Below, one piece after another: positions 52,896 through 62,829 of a DNA stretch of 64,000 nt. This stretch comes from Anaerolineae bacterium (GTDB lineage: Bacteria > Chloroflexota > Anaerolineae > Aggregatilineales > UBA3940), in the NCBI GenBank assembly GCA_034435015.1, contig DAOTYH010000052.1:2835-66834 (forward strand). The letters run 5' to 3'. The notes beneath the pieces were generated by a model. It was not told where the DNA came from. It worked only from the letters and a program-made list of their open reading frames with translations, and ran no database searches. Position 1 is the stretch's first letter; every line of letters starts with the position of its first letter. The translations under genes were made by a program, and so were the position numbers.

Positions 52896-54776
52896 ATGAG
52901 TGTCGCGTCTGCCCGCATCCAAGAGATTCTTGACAATCTGCCCGCCCGGCCCGGCGTCTATATCATGAAGGACGCTCAGGGCAGGGTGATCTATGTGGGC
53001 AAGGCAGTTAACCTGCGCAATCGGGTACGCTCGTACTTTCAGCCTGCTGTACTGCGTGCCTCAGGTGTGACCAGCAAGACGGCCCGTCTGGTGCAGGATG
53101 TGGCAGATATTGAAGTGATCGTCGTGGACTCAGAGCTTGAAGCTCTGCTGACCGAGATCAACCTGATCAAAGCTCATCAGCCGCGCTATAACATCCGTCT
53201 CAAGGACGACAAGCGCTACCCTTACATCAAAGTTCACTGGGCCGACCCCTATCCGGCGGTGACGGTGACGCGGCGCATGGTTCAGGACGGCTCACGTTAC
53301 TTTGGCCCTTATACCAGCGCCGCCGCCGTCTATCAGACGCTTGATGTTTTGCGGCGGGCCTTTCCCTTCCTGACGTGTGACCGCGAGATCACAGGGCGTG
53401 ATGAGCGGGCCTGCCTGTATTACGACATCAAGCTGTGCAATGCTCCCTGTGTGGGGGCTGTGACTCAAGAACAGTACCGGGCCACCATCCAAGCGTTGAT
53501 GGACTTCCTGCAAGGCCGTTCAGATGCCATCATCAAGCAGTTGGCCGCTGAAATGCAAGCCGCCTCTGATCGGCTGGAGTTTGAGAAGGCCGCCCGCCTC
53601 CGTGACCGCCTCCGCGCGGTTGAGCAGATCGTCCAGCGGCAGAAGGTCGTTTCGGGCGTAGAGACCAATCAGGATGTGATTGCCTTCGCCCGTGAGAATG
53701 GTGATGCCTGTGTCCAGATTTTTTTCATCCGCGCGGGCAAGATCATCGGGCGGGAACATTACGTGCTGGAGGGGATCACCGAGGAGGAAGACCCCGCCAG
53801 AGTGATGACCGGCTTCCTCAAGCAGTTCTATGATCGGGCCGCCGATGTTCCCCCAGAGGTCTTACTGCCGCATGAGGTCGAGGAGGCCCAGATCATAGAA
53901 AGCTGGTTGCGCAGTAAACGCGGCGACAAAGTGGTGTTGAAAGTCCCTCAGCGCGGCCAGAAACGTGATCTGGTCAGGCTGGCCTCCGAGAATGCCGCTG
54001 AGATGCTGTCTATGTTGCGGGCGCAGTGGCAAGCCGACACAACCAAGCAGGAGACAGCGCTCAGGGAGATTCAGGAGGCGCTCGGCCTGCCGGCTCTGCC
54101 AGCCCGCATCGAGTGTTTTGATGTCAGCAACATGCAGGGGACGGCCATTTCTGCCAGCCGGATCGTGTTTGTGCAGGGGGTGGCTCGCAAAAGCGAGTAC
54201 CGCAAGTTCAACATCCGCACAGTAGCCGGCCATCCGGATGACTATGCTTCCATGCGCGAGGCGCTTGATCGGCGCTTCCGGCGGTGGCAGGAAGCGCAGG
54301 AAGAAACGGGCAGGCCTCCCGGCCAGAAGTCCGACCCGACGTGGGCGCTACTGCCCGACCTTCTGATCGTGGATGGCGGCAGAGGACAGCTCGGCGTGGC
54401 GGTTGAAGTGCTGGAGAAGTATGGGCTGACAGAGCGTGTGCCGGTAGCCGGGCTTGCCAAACAGCAAGAAGAAATTTTCGTGCCGGGGCAGAGCAGGCCC
54501 CTTATACTGCCCCGCCGCTCGCAGGGGCTGTACCTGCTCCAGCGCATTCGGGATGAAGCTCATCGCTTTGCTATTGCCCAGCACCGTGAGCGCCGGGCCA
54601 AGATGGGTATAGCCTCTCAGCTTGATGCGATTCCGGGCATTGGGCCGGCACGCCGCAAGGCACTGCTGGCCGCCTTTGGATCGCTGAGCGCTATTCGTGC
54701 GGCAAGTGTGGAGCAGATCGCCTCTGTGCCGGGCATAGGGCCGGCGCTGGCGGCAGTGATCAAGGCCGAATTGTGA
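52896..54776 (+). CDS. uvrC: excinuclease ABC subunit C
   Basis: GIY-YIG N-terminus (PGVYIMKD..GRVIYVGKAVNLRNRV), UVR domain (..LEFEKAARLRD..), the RNase-H-like endonuclease part and a C-terminal HhH2 (..IPGIGPARRKALL..VPGIGPALA). Confidence 0.92.
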   Translation: MSVASARIQEILDNLPARPGVYIMKDAQGRVIYVGKAVNLRNRVRSYFQPAVLRASGVTSKTARLVQDVADIEVIVVDSELEALLTEINLIKAHQPRYNIRLKDDKRYPYIKVHWADPYPAVTVTRRMVQDGSRYFGPYTSAAAVYQTLDVLRRAFPFLTCDREITGRDERACLYYDIKLCNAPCVGAVTQEQYRATIQALMDFLQGRSDAIIKQLAAEMQAASDRLEFEKAARLRDRLRAVEQIVQRQKVVSGVETNQDVIAFARENGDACVQIFFIRAGKIIGREHYVLEGITEEEDPARVMTGFLKQFYDRAADVPPEVLLPHEVEEAQIIESWLRSKRGDKVVLKVPQRGQKRDLVRLASENAAEMLSMLRAQWQADTTKQETALREIQEALGLPALPARIECFDVSNMQGTAISASRIVFVQGVARKSEYRKFNIRTVAGHPDDYASMREALDRRFRRWQEAQEETGRPPGQKSDPTWALLPDLLIVDGGRGQLGVAVEVLEKYGLTERVPVAGLAKQQEEIFVPGQSRPLILPRRSQGLYLLQRIRDEAHRFAIAQHRERRAKMGIASQLDAIPGIGPARRKALLAAFGSLSAIRAASVEQIASVPGIGPALAAVIKAEL

Positions 54777-54792
54777 TCGGTGTGCGGTGTGC

Positions 54793-55542
54793 CTACTTTT
54801 GTTCCCTGCCCAGCACTTCTTTGATCAGCCCCTGCATACGCTCGTAATGGGAGCCTTTCCAGTAGACCTGTCCGCAGGATTGACACTGGCGAAACTCATC
54901 GTGGTAACGGGCTGTGTCAGGCAGAATCTGATCGAGGATGGCCGTCTTCTCAACTGTTCGGAGCAGGCCGTTGCATTTCATGCACCGCATGAAAAGCTTC
55001 ACCTTGTCTATCAGGTTGAACCGCTCTAGAACCTCCACGATCTGCCGGCGCGGGATGGTGCTCCGCACGTAGTAGCCGTGGATCACAAGACTCCGTTTGA
55101 GGAGGCCGACATCCCGCGTCAGCAGAATGCGCCCCTCGCGGTGGGCAATCAGTGCAAGGTCCTGATCGAGTGAGTTGTTGTTATACAGCGTGTCAAAACC
55201 CATCATGCGCAGGTAGGATGCCAGCCGCCCTAGATGAACGTCGAGCACAAATCCGGGGTCGTCGGGCAGAGGAGGGCGCAGGTCTATGCGGGCAGGCAGT
55301 TCCACCGCCTCTGTACAAGGGTAAATGTCAATCCTGTCGCCGCCCTGGACAATGTGATCGAATCCGACTGATCGGCCATTCACGACGATCAGATTAATCT
55401 CTGCGTGGGGAACACCCAGCGACTCGATCATGTCTTTAATAGATGCCCGCCAGTCAAACTGGCGCTCAATGATAGTCCGGCGTTGGCGGCGGGGAAGGAA
55501 GTCGTTGAGCGAACCGTGAAAATGAAAGTAAGCGCAGTCCAT
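54793..55542 (-). CDS. Mut7-C ubiquitin-like domain plus Mut7-C (DUF82) RNase-domain protein
   Basis: N-terminal beta-grasp-like part (..FHGSLNDFL....ASIKDMIESLGVPHAEI..IVVNG......V.GGDRIDIYP). Then ..HLGRLASYLRMMGFDT.., ..EGRILLTRD.. and the zinc ribbon CMKCN...CQSCGQVYWKGSHY. Confidence 0.7.
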   Translation of the reverse strand: MDCAYFHFHGSLNDFLPRRQRRTIIERQFDWRASIKDMIESLGVPHAEINLIVVNGRSVGFDHIVQGGDRIDIYPCTEAVELPARIDLRPPLPDDPGFVLDVHLGRLASYLRMMGFDTLYNNNSLDQDLALIAHREGRILLTRDVGLLKRSLVIHGYYVRSTIPRRQIVEVLERFNLIDKVKLFMRCMKCNGLLRTVEKTAILDQILPDTARYHDEFRQCQSCGQVYWKGSHYERMQGLIKEVLGREQK

Positions 55543-55660
55543 ATCCTTTAGTAAAATTGTACCGCATTGCCTGCGTCGGCGCTGAGCAGAGTGGCCGCTC
55601 TATCTGGATAGAACACTGCCGATTGTGCTTTCGGTGTGCTTTGAGGATACAATTCGCCTT

Positions 55661-55999
55661 ATGGTCAAGTTACTTGTTTTGTTCCGGGCGGGTGCACATT
55701 CGCCGCAATACGACGAAGGATACAATGACTTCCTGATGAAGCTGGAGCGTTTGCCGGGCCTGCGCCGGAAGGCTGTCAGTACTGTCTATGCCGGGCCGGG
55801 CGGGCGGATGCCGTTCGGCGCTGTGGTCGAAGCCTGCTTTGAGAGCCGTGCCGCCTTGGAGGCCGCCCTGACCTCGCCGGCAGGTGTCGAAGCCGGGCAG
55901 GCTCTCCTGAGCTTTGCAGGGCCGGATGCAGTCATCCTCTTTGCCGACGTGATGGAGGAGTCGTTCGACAGCGATGACGCCGCCAGCCAGCAGGGTTAG
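55661..55999 (+). CDS. EthD-like (TIGR02118-type) small protein
   Basis: MVKLLVLFRAG.....YDEGYNDFLMKLERLPGLRR.....VYAGPGG...F..VVEACFESRAALEAAL is the pattern I associate with EthD-domain proteins. Weak, motif-level call. The ORF track starts at GTG 55625. Confidence 0.4.
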   Translation: MVKLLVLFRAGAHSPQYDEGYNDFLMKLERLPGLRRKAVSTVYAGPGGRMPFGAVVEACFESRAALEAALTSPAGVEAGQALLSFAGPDAVILFADVMEESFDSDDAASQQG

Positions 56000-58900
56000 G
56001 ACCCGCTTCTTCCGAATCATTCGATCCAGACCGGCGCAGACGGCGGGTCTGCTGGCGGTGATCAGCGCCCTGTCCCTGACCGCCCTTCACCCCTTGATGT
56101 TTGGAGCATTGCCCGCCAGCCCCGATGGGCCGCTCCATCTGTACCGGCTGGTGGCGCTGGATCATGCCGTGCGGCATGGCCTGCTGTGGCCGCGCTACCT
56201 GCCGGGGATGCTGTATGGCTATGGTGTCCCTCTCTTCAACTACTATTCACCGCTGTATCTTTACCCCTCCGAGCTGTTCCGTCTGGCAGGCTTATCCTTC
56301 GTCAACTCACTGCTGGCGGGTCTGGCCTTGTATATGCTTCTAGGGGCGCTGGGCGCTTATCTGCTGGGGCGTGCATGGAATGGCCCGGTAGCAGGAATAG
56401 GAGTAGCAGGGGCATACCTCTATGCGCCTTATCTGCTCTACGAAGCGTTACGGCGCGGAGTGCTGGCGCAGTATGCCGCGCTGGCGATCCTGCCGTGGGT
56501 GTTATGGGCGTTCTGGCGGACAGCCAGACAGGGCCGGCGCCGGGACCTCCTGCTGGCGGTGATCTGCTACAGCCTGTTGATTTTGATGCATAACATCACC
56601 GCGCTGTACGGTACGGCCTTGCTGGCGGCCTGTTGCCTCTATTTGTGGTGGACCAGCCCCGATCCGCCGCGTGCCTTCCTGCGGCTGGCTGTTGCGTTGA
56701 TCCTGCCGCTGGGACTGACTGCTTTTTTCTGGTTGCCCGCCCTGGCCGAGACAAGCTATGTCCATATCGAGCGTGTAACGCACTATGTGCCGGTGCTTGA
56801 CTTTCACAACAACTTCCAGTCGCTGGGCGAGATATTCGCTCCCCCGTTGACGGCTGACCTGACACAGCTTCATCCGCCGGTGCCACGCACGCTGGGCTGG
56901 CCTCAGATTACACTGGCCCTGCTGGGTCTCGCTTTGATCGTGTGGCCGGGCGCCGCATCCCCAGATGAGCGCAAGAGGCTGTACGCTCCCTCTTTGCTGG
57001 CCTTGGGAGCGTTGGCGGGACTTATCTTTCTCGACACACGCGCCTCAGGCTGGATATGGCAGATCGTGCCGTTGATGCACTATATCCAGTTCCCGTGGCG
57101 GTTGCTTGGCCCTGCCAGCCTGTTGCTGGCGTTGCTGGCCGGCACGGGTGTTGTGATGGTTGCGCGGCGCATCCCCTGGGCGGCTGGACGGGCTGTCTGG
57201 GTAGCGGTGTGCCTGATCACCTTCATCGGCTACGGCCTGCCATGGTTGTACGGTGTCTATCTGCCGGACCAGCCAACCTCCATTGTGGATGCACAGAACT
57301 TTGAACGAGAAACAGGCTGGCTGGCCGGCACAGGTGAAGGGGAGTACGTCCCCCGCTGGACAACCGAACTGCCTGACCCCGCCCGTCTGATCGGCCTGTA
57401 TGCACAGAATGAAGTCATCCCTCGACTGCAACCCAACCCGCAGATCAGCGTTGAGACGGCAGACTGGGGGCTGACTCGTGCCGCTCTGACTTTTACAGCC
57501 CGTACAGATACGACACTGGTCTTTGACTGGATATACTTCCCCGGCTGGTGGGCACGCCTTGACGGGGAGAAGGTGCTGATCGTACCTGCCAATCCGCAGG
57601 GATTGATCCGCGTTGATGTGCCGGCAGGGACCCATCAGTTGGAACTAGGTTTTGGCCTGACACCCCTCCGGCTGGGAGCGCTCATCGGCAGTGGCCTCTC
57701 GCTGGCATTGACAGCCGGAGCAATGATGCTTCCTATCTACCGATCAGGCCGAAGCGAGATGGAGGAGACCCCTCAAGCTCAAGTGTTAGGACAACGTTCG
57801 GCGGCGGCTGTGATGATTGCAACGGCGCTGGTCGGGGTGCTGATGTTCGCTGGAAAGGTCTTTCTGGTGGATAACCTTGAGACCCCTATCAAGCGGGAGC
57901 GGTTCGCCAATGGGTTGCAGGCAGGCTTGCAGACGCCCGTACAGGCCAATTTCAACCATGAGATCACCCTGCTGGGCTGTGACCTGCCGAACAACCGGAT
58001 CGCTTCGGGGAGTCCAACACGGCTGGCGCTGTACTGGCAGCTCTCAGGCGGGATGGTAAACGAGGATTACTCCAGTGTGGTTTATCTGCGTGACGCGGCG
58101 GGTCACATTGTGTGGCAGACTATCTCTCAGCATCCCGGCGGCTACCCTACCACCGACTGGGTGCCCGGCTTCTATGTTCAGGAGCGGGTTACGTTGCAGG
58201 TCCCCTCTGGAACCCCGCCCGGAATATACACTATCGAGGTTGGGTTGTACTCGCATACGGCTGGCCGGAATCTCGATGTCTTTGATGCAGGCGGAAATCC
58301 GCTGGGGGTGACAGCCCCCATTGGGACGCTTGAAGTCACCCGTCCTCCGCGCCCTGCCCGGCTGAATGATCTGGGGTATGAGCAAGGGTTCAATGCTCAT
58401 CTGACAGACGATCTGACCTTTTTAGCCATGACTCCTCTGCCAGAGAACGGTGAGGTGGGCCAGCCATTGGCTGTGATCTGGGCATGGCGGGCACGCTCGA
58501 ATCTGCAACAGGTCTATCACGCCCGCCTGATCTGGCTGGATCAGAGCGGAGTAGTAGCGGCTTCTTCGCCGGCTGTGCCGCCGGCTACCGGCTACCCGAC
58601 TGATCAATGGCGGCGGGGCGATGTGTGGCGGGGAGTCCATCTGCTGTATATCCCCGGCAGGCTGGAGCAGGGGACATATCAGGTCGCCGTTCAATTGACC
58701 GATGCCTCCGGCGGTCCGGTCGGGGAGTATTTTGTGATCGGAGAGATGGCAGTCAGCACGCCGGAGCGTCATTTCGAGGCGCCGCCAATGGCTGTTACAG
58801 CCAACACAGCTTGGGAGAATGGGATCGTTCTGCTGGGGTATGACCTGCCCCGCAGGCGGGTATCACAGGGGGACGGCCTGCACCTGATCCTATACTGGCA

Positions 58901-59195
58901 ACCCCAGAATGAAATCACGCAAAGCCTAACTGTGTTCGTCCACCTCTACGACAGCGAGGGGCATATCGCCGCTCAGCAGGACCATATTCCGGTGAACGGC
59001 TCGCGTCCTACTGCCGGCTGGGCACCTGCTGAGGTCGTGAGCGATCCTTATTCGCTGTTTATCAGCTCGGATGTCCCCCCCGGACGCTATCATCTGCGGG
59101 TGGGCTGGTATGATGCTGTGACAGGTGTGCGGGTCCCCCTGACGGGCGGGGGTGACTTCTGGGCACTGCCCGACACGATCACCGTGATACCTTGA
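55974..59195 (+). CDS. large polytopic membrane protein (GT-C-fold glycosyltransferase-like) with three C-terminal repeat domains of about 110 aa
   Basis: About 13 TM helices in the first 620 aa or so, with an early loop HLYRLVALDHAVRHGLLWPRY. The C-terminal part has three paralogous modules (ITLLGCDLP..LALYWQ..; LTFLAMTPLP..VIWAWR..; IVLLGYDLP..LILYWQ..VFVHLYD..GRYHLRVGWYD). Confidence 0.6.
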   Translation: MTPPASRVRTRFFRIIRSRPAQTAGLLAVISALSLTALHPLMFGALPASPDGPLHLYRLVALDHAVRHGLLWPRYLPGMLYGYGVPLFNYYSPLYLYPSELFRLAGLSFVNSLLAGLALYMLLGALGAYLLGRAWNGPVAGIGVAGAYLYAPYLLYEALRRGVLAQYAALAILPWVLWAFWRTARQGRRRDLLLAVICYSLLILMHNITALYGTALLAACCLYLWWTSPDPPRAFLRLAVALILPLGLTAFFWLPALAETSYVHIERVTHYVPVLDFHNNFQSLGEIFAPPLTADLTQLHPPVPRTLGWPQITLALLGLALIVWPGAASPDERKRLYAPSLLALGALAGLIFLDTRASGWIWQIVPLMHYIQFPWRLLGPASLLLALLAGTGVVMVARRIPWAAGRAVWVAVCLITFIGYGLPWLYGVYLPDQPTSIVDAQNFERETGWLAGTGEGEYVPRWTTELPDPARLIGLYAQNEVIPRLQPNPQISVETADWGLTRAALTFTARTDTTLVFDWIYFPGWWARLDGEKVLIVPANPQGLIRVDVPAGTHQLELGFGLTPLRLGALIGSGLSLALTAGAMMLPIYRSGRSEMEETPQAQVLGQRSAAAVMIATALVGVLMFAGKVFLVDNLETPIKRERFANGLQAGLQTPVQANFNHEITLLGCDLPNNRIASGSPTRLALYWQLSGGMVNEDYSSVVYLRDAAGHIVWQTISQHPGGYPTTDWVPGFYVQERVTLQVPSGTPPGIYTIEVGLYSHTAGRNLDVFDAGGNPLGVTAPIGTLEVTRPPRPARLNDLGYEQGFNAHLTDDLTFLAMTPLPENGEVGQPLAVIWAWRARSNLQQVYHARLIWLDQSGVVAASSPAVPPATGYPTDQWRRGDVWRGVHLLYIPGRLEQGTYQVAVQLTDASGGPVGEYFVIGEMAVSTPERHFEAPPMAVTANTAWENGIVLLGYDLPRRRVSQGDGLHLILYWQPQNEITQSLTVFVHLYDSEGHIAAQQDHIPVNGSRPTAGWAPAEVVSDPYSLFISSDVPPGRYHLRVGWYDAVTGVRVPLTGGGDFWALPDTITVIP

Positions 59196-59219
59196 CCCCT
59201 GCGCCTGCCCCGCAGGAGG

Positions 59220-60176
59220 CTACAGGAACGAGTATAACTGCGCCGGTCGAACAGGCTCTTCCCCTTCGCCCTTATAGACAGCCTGCATCCATCGGATTGT
59301 TCTGGGGATGCCTTCAGCCAGCCTGACCTCGCACCTGTGATCGAGGTCGCGGATTGCTTTGGTAAGGTCCACCTTCTTGTCTTTGGTCGTGAATGGCTCT
59401 CCCTCGACGTACTCAACCAGACGGTCATCCTTGCCGAGGTAATTCAGAATCAGGTCAGAGACCTGCTTCATGTCGTGGTATTCATCCCCGCCGATGTTAT
59501 AGACCTCGCCCGGCTGGAAGTTGTTGATGATGTTGGCCAGAGTGCGGACGGTGTCGGTTACATAGGTCGAGGTACGGTGATGCCCTAGATATACCCTGTA
59601 GGGCATATCGTGGAGAGCATGGTAGATGAACTTGCAGATCGCACTGCGGTATGTGCTGTAATACTCGCCGGGGCCGTAGGTGTTGAACAGGCGTACCCGG
59701 ACTGTCTCCGTGCCGAACTGGGCGGCAGAGTTCATGATCTGTAGCTCGCCTACCCACTTGGTGATGGCGTAGTCGTTGAGTTGTCGGACTTCATATTTGT
59801 CCATCACATCCTCTGACATGACCCCGTCCCAGTCACCGTAAACCTCGGACGAACTGAAGAAGATCATGCGGAACTTGTATCGTTCCTGAAGCCTCAGCAG
59901 GTTCTTGGTCCCGATCACGTTACTACGCCAGAGGGTGTCGTAAAAGTCCTCGCCGTTCCAGCGGCCAAACTCAGCCGCCAGATGATACACATAGTCATAC
60001 TGATTGGCCTCAAAGACGCGCTGAAGCTGATAGAAGCTCCCCACGTCACAGCGATGGTAGAAAGGATCATGATGATGGGGGAGATCAAGCACGTGTACCT
60101 CATGGCCGCGTTTCCGCAACTCAAGCACCAACACGTGCCCGACTGTCCCCAGTCCTCCGGTAGCTAGAATCTTCAT
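59220..60176 (-). CDS. NAD-dependent sugar-nucleotide epimerase/dehydratase (SDR family)
   Basis: Rossmann motif MKILATGGLGTVGHVL and the catalytic YAITKWVGE (YxxxK). The ORF track extends to 60224. Confidence 0.85.
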   Translation of the reverse strand: MKILATGGLGTVGHVLVLELRKRGHEVHVLDLPHHHDPFYHRCDVGSFYQLQRVFEANQYDYVYHLAAEFGRWNGEDFYDTLWRSNVIGTKNLLRLQERYKFRMIFFSSSEVYGDWDGVMSEDVMDKYEVRQLNDYAITKWVGELQIMNSAAQFGTETVRVRLFNTYGPGEYYSTYRSAICKFIYHALHDMPYRVYLGHHRTSTYVTDTVRTLANIINNFQPGEVYNIGGDEYHDMKQVSDLILNYLGKDDRLVEYVEGEPFTTKDKKVDLTKAIRDLDHRCEVRLAEGIPRTIRWMQAVYKGEGEEPVRPAQLYSFL

Positions 60177-60211
60177 GCGTTTTCCTCGATCTGATGTGCT
60201 CTCGATTTGGT

Positions 60212-61588
60212 TCACGACCGCCAAGTATCCCCCCTCCGGCCATAAATATCAAGCAGTGACAGCCCCAGACGCGGCATGGCGTACACCACTATCATGAGGA
60301 TCATCACCCCCATGATGATATCAAAGGTCAGGGCGGCTCCTACAGCGCCCAAGTAATGGATGAACGGTATTAACAGCGCAATCCTTAGCAGGATCGTGGC
60401 GATGCTGTAGTAGGTGACGATGGGCAGTTTGTTCTGAGCCATTGCCATCGGGCGTACCCAGCGGAAGACGCTGTCCAGCACGACGCCAAAGCCGAGAATA
60501 CGGATCAAAAGAGCGACGGGCGCGTAGGCCTCGCCGTAGAAAAGCCATACCAGCCAGTCAGCGGTGACGATCAGGAACAGCCAGCAGGCTGAGCTGACGG
60601 CAAGGCTGATCAGTGAGAACCGCCTGATCAGGGATTTGCTCCGCTTGGTATCCTGACGTGCCCACGCTTCATTCAACTCCGGGTAGATCACGCTGATGGC
60701 GGGCACAGTCGGGATGGCGATCAGGGTGGCCGCGTTGTGCGCGATGTTGAAGTAACTCACCTCGGCGGCAGTGCGCAGTGCTCCCAGCAGAAGCACATCT
60801 ACATTAGCTGAGATCGCTTTGAGTGAGGCGATCACGCTGGTGTGAAATGCAAACGGCAGGAACTGCCGCCAAGCTCCTATATAATCGGCCCGGCCTATTT
60901 TCCCTTCCAGCCGCCCGATATTTGAGATCAACAGCCACAACCCGACCACGGCCCACAGCACAAACGAGAAGGCTGAAACGATAACATATCCCCACATCAC
61001 AGCCACAAGGCCGTGAGGGGCCAGCAGAGTCAGCGTGATCGTGCGGCACAGGCTGATCAGGATCATGCCGGAGGCCAGCAGGTTAAAGCGCTTATAGACG
61101 TTGACCAGTGCTGTGAAGGATTCCTCCAGTGTGGAGAAGGGGATGGTAAGGAGATAGATCAGCACCAGCCGGCGTACTAGTTCGGGTTCGGGATACAGGC
61201 GTGCAGAGAGGGGAGCTATGATGGCTGACACAAGCAAGGTGGCCAGCATAAGGGCTATATCGGCGCTGACACCTACGTAGAAGAATGAGACCGCCTCACG
61301 TCGTTCCTCCCGCGCCAGCGCGTTGCCCACAAAACGGACTATCCCCTCACCGACGCGGATGTCGAGAAAGTTGACAATTGTGCCAACAATGGTATAGGCA
61401 ATGATCACCAGCCCATAGTTGGTCGGCCCCAGCAGGCGGGCCAGAACAAACGAGGTCACCATAGCAAGTGCTGTTGTCACCCAGTTGGCGATCAACAGCA
61501 TCGAAGAGTGACGCGCTATACGGCTCTGTATGACACGTTTAGCCAGAGCTTTAGCCTGTTGTATCACTGGAGGTATCTCCCCCTGCAT
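60212..61588 (-). CDS. polysaccharide/oligosaccharide flippase (MOP/Wzx family)
   Basis: 458 aa with about 12-14 TM helices. Position and topology are typical of Wzx-type exporters in glycan clusters. Confidence 0.7.
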   Translation of the reverse strand: MQGEIPPVIQQAKALAKRVIQSRIARHSSMLLIANWVTTALAMVTSFVLARLLGPTNYGLVIIAYTIVGTIVNFLDIRVGEGIVRFVGNALAREERREAVSFFYVGVSADIALMLATLLVSAIIAPLSARLYPEPELVRRLVLIYLLTIPFSTLEESFTALVNVYKRFNLLASGMILISLCRTITLTLLAPHGLVAVMWGYVIVSAFSFVLWAVVGLWLLISNIGRLEGKIGRADYIGAWRQFLPFAFHTSVIASLKAISANVDVLLLGALRTAAEVSYFNIAHNAATLIAIPTVPAISVIYPELNEAWARQDTKRSKSLIRRFSLISLAVSSACWLFLIVTADWLVWLFYGEAYAPVALLIRILGFGVVLDSVFRWVRPMAMAQNKLPIVTYYSIATILLRIALLIPFIHYLGAVGAALTFDIIMGVMILMIVVYAMPRLGLSLLDIYGRRGDTWRS

Positions 61589-61617
61589 ACCGAATGCGCA
61601 TCATAGCTGTCCCTTCG

Positions 61618-62829
61618 TCACTCTCTGAGAATCATCTCTACGATCCGTCGGGCGCGTGCCTCCCATGTATAGGCCTGCACATCCTCCTGCGCCTGCCTTG
61701 CCAGCCGCCTGCCTAGTTCCGGATCATCCCGCAGGCGCCGCAGAGCCTCCGCCAGCGCTTCTGGGTCGCCGGGCGGAACAAGCAGGCCGTTCCTGCCGTC
61801 GCGGATGATCTCAGCAGTGGATGGCAGATCAGTGGCCGCCAGCGGACTGCCGGAGGCCATGTACTCAAACAGCTTGAGCGGCGAGGTGTAATAGGCAAAG
61901 AACTCGTTGTAGGGTGAGACAATGGTGCATACATCGAAGGCCCGCAGATAGGCCGGCACATCGGCAGGCGGTACTTGCCCGGCATATAGGATCAGGTCAG
62001 GGGAAAAACCCTGCCTGACCAGCCGCTCCCGCAGGCGTTCTACCCGTTCGGCGGGGCCTCCGACCAGTCCCAGCCGGGTTGGCCCCTCGCGGCTCAGCGC
62101 GGCGACTGCCTCCCCCAGCACATCGAGGCCCTTATCTCCCCCTACCGACTCGAAACGGCCTGCGTACCCTACGATGAAGTCATCAGCCGGCCAGCCCAGC
62201 CGTGACCGCCAGTAAGCCCGATCCCCTTCAATGGCAAACCGTGCCGGTCGGAAGCCGTCATGCGCTGTCAACAGCCGCTCTGGCGGCACACCCATCGAAG
62301 CGTACCGCTCGCGCAAATGCTCCGTGATCACGATTGTCCCGCCGATCCGCTGGGCTAGCGCCTTCCGCAGGGACAACCCCGCCCGCGTGGAAGGGAAGGT
62401 GTGTGCCTCGAAGAACAATTGCCGCGCCCGATGCGGCCATCGCCTTGCGATCAGGTAGAGCGAGAGAGGATCGCGTGAGTAGATGACCGCATCGCCTTCG
62501 CCGGCCAGACGGGTAAGCAGTGACAGGTTGAACGTCGGGATGAGCAGCGCCGCCGCCAGATGGGTGTACAACCCGGCCAGCGTTCTCGGCATCTTCTCGG
62601 CCAGAGGGTAAATGTTCAAGCCGGCCAACTGCTCGGCCCGAAAGAGGCGTTCTACACCGTAGTAGCCCCAGATGTCCTCAGTGTGCAGGCCGGCGGGATT
62701 GCGGTGTCTCCGATACAGCAGGGTGACCTCTACGCCGAGCTGGGCAAAAGCCTCGCACATCTGGACGATCTGGTAGGGGTGAGCCTTCTCGCTGGGAATA
62801 CGGGCCGTGGTGGTGTAGATCAGTCTCAT
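61618..62829 (-). CDS. glycosyltransferase family 4 (GT-B fold)
   Basis: C-terminal E-x7-E region ..SPLKLFEYMASGSPLAATDLPSTAEIIRDGRNGLLVPPGD... Confidence 0.8.
   Translation of the reverse strand: MRLIYTTTARIPSEKAHPYQIVQMCEAFAQLGVEVTLLYRRHRNPAGLHTEDIWGYYGVERLFRAEQLAGLNIYPLAEKMPRTLAGLYTHLAAALLIPTFNLSLLTRLAGEGDAVIYSRDPLSLYLIARRWPHRARQLFFEAHTFPSTRAGLSLRKALAQRIGGTIVITEHLRERYASMGVPPERLLTAHDGFRPARFAIEGDRAYWRSRLGWPADDFIVGYAGRFESVGGDKGLDVLGEAVAALSREGPTRLGLVGGPAERVERLRERLVRQGFSPDLILYAGQVPPADVPAYLRAFDVCTIVSPYNEFFAYYTSPLKLFEYMASGSPLAATDLPSTAEIIRDGRNGLLVPPGDPEALAEALRRLRDDPELGRRLARQAQEDVQAYTWEARARRIVEMILRE

Noticed and set aside
52467-52922. 151-aa minus-strand ORF covering the thpR-uvrC spacer
   Set aside because: It overlaps both the small Trp-rich ORF and the uvrC start. 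It has no RBS or motifs, and its direction would collide with the uvrC promoter region.
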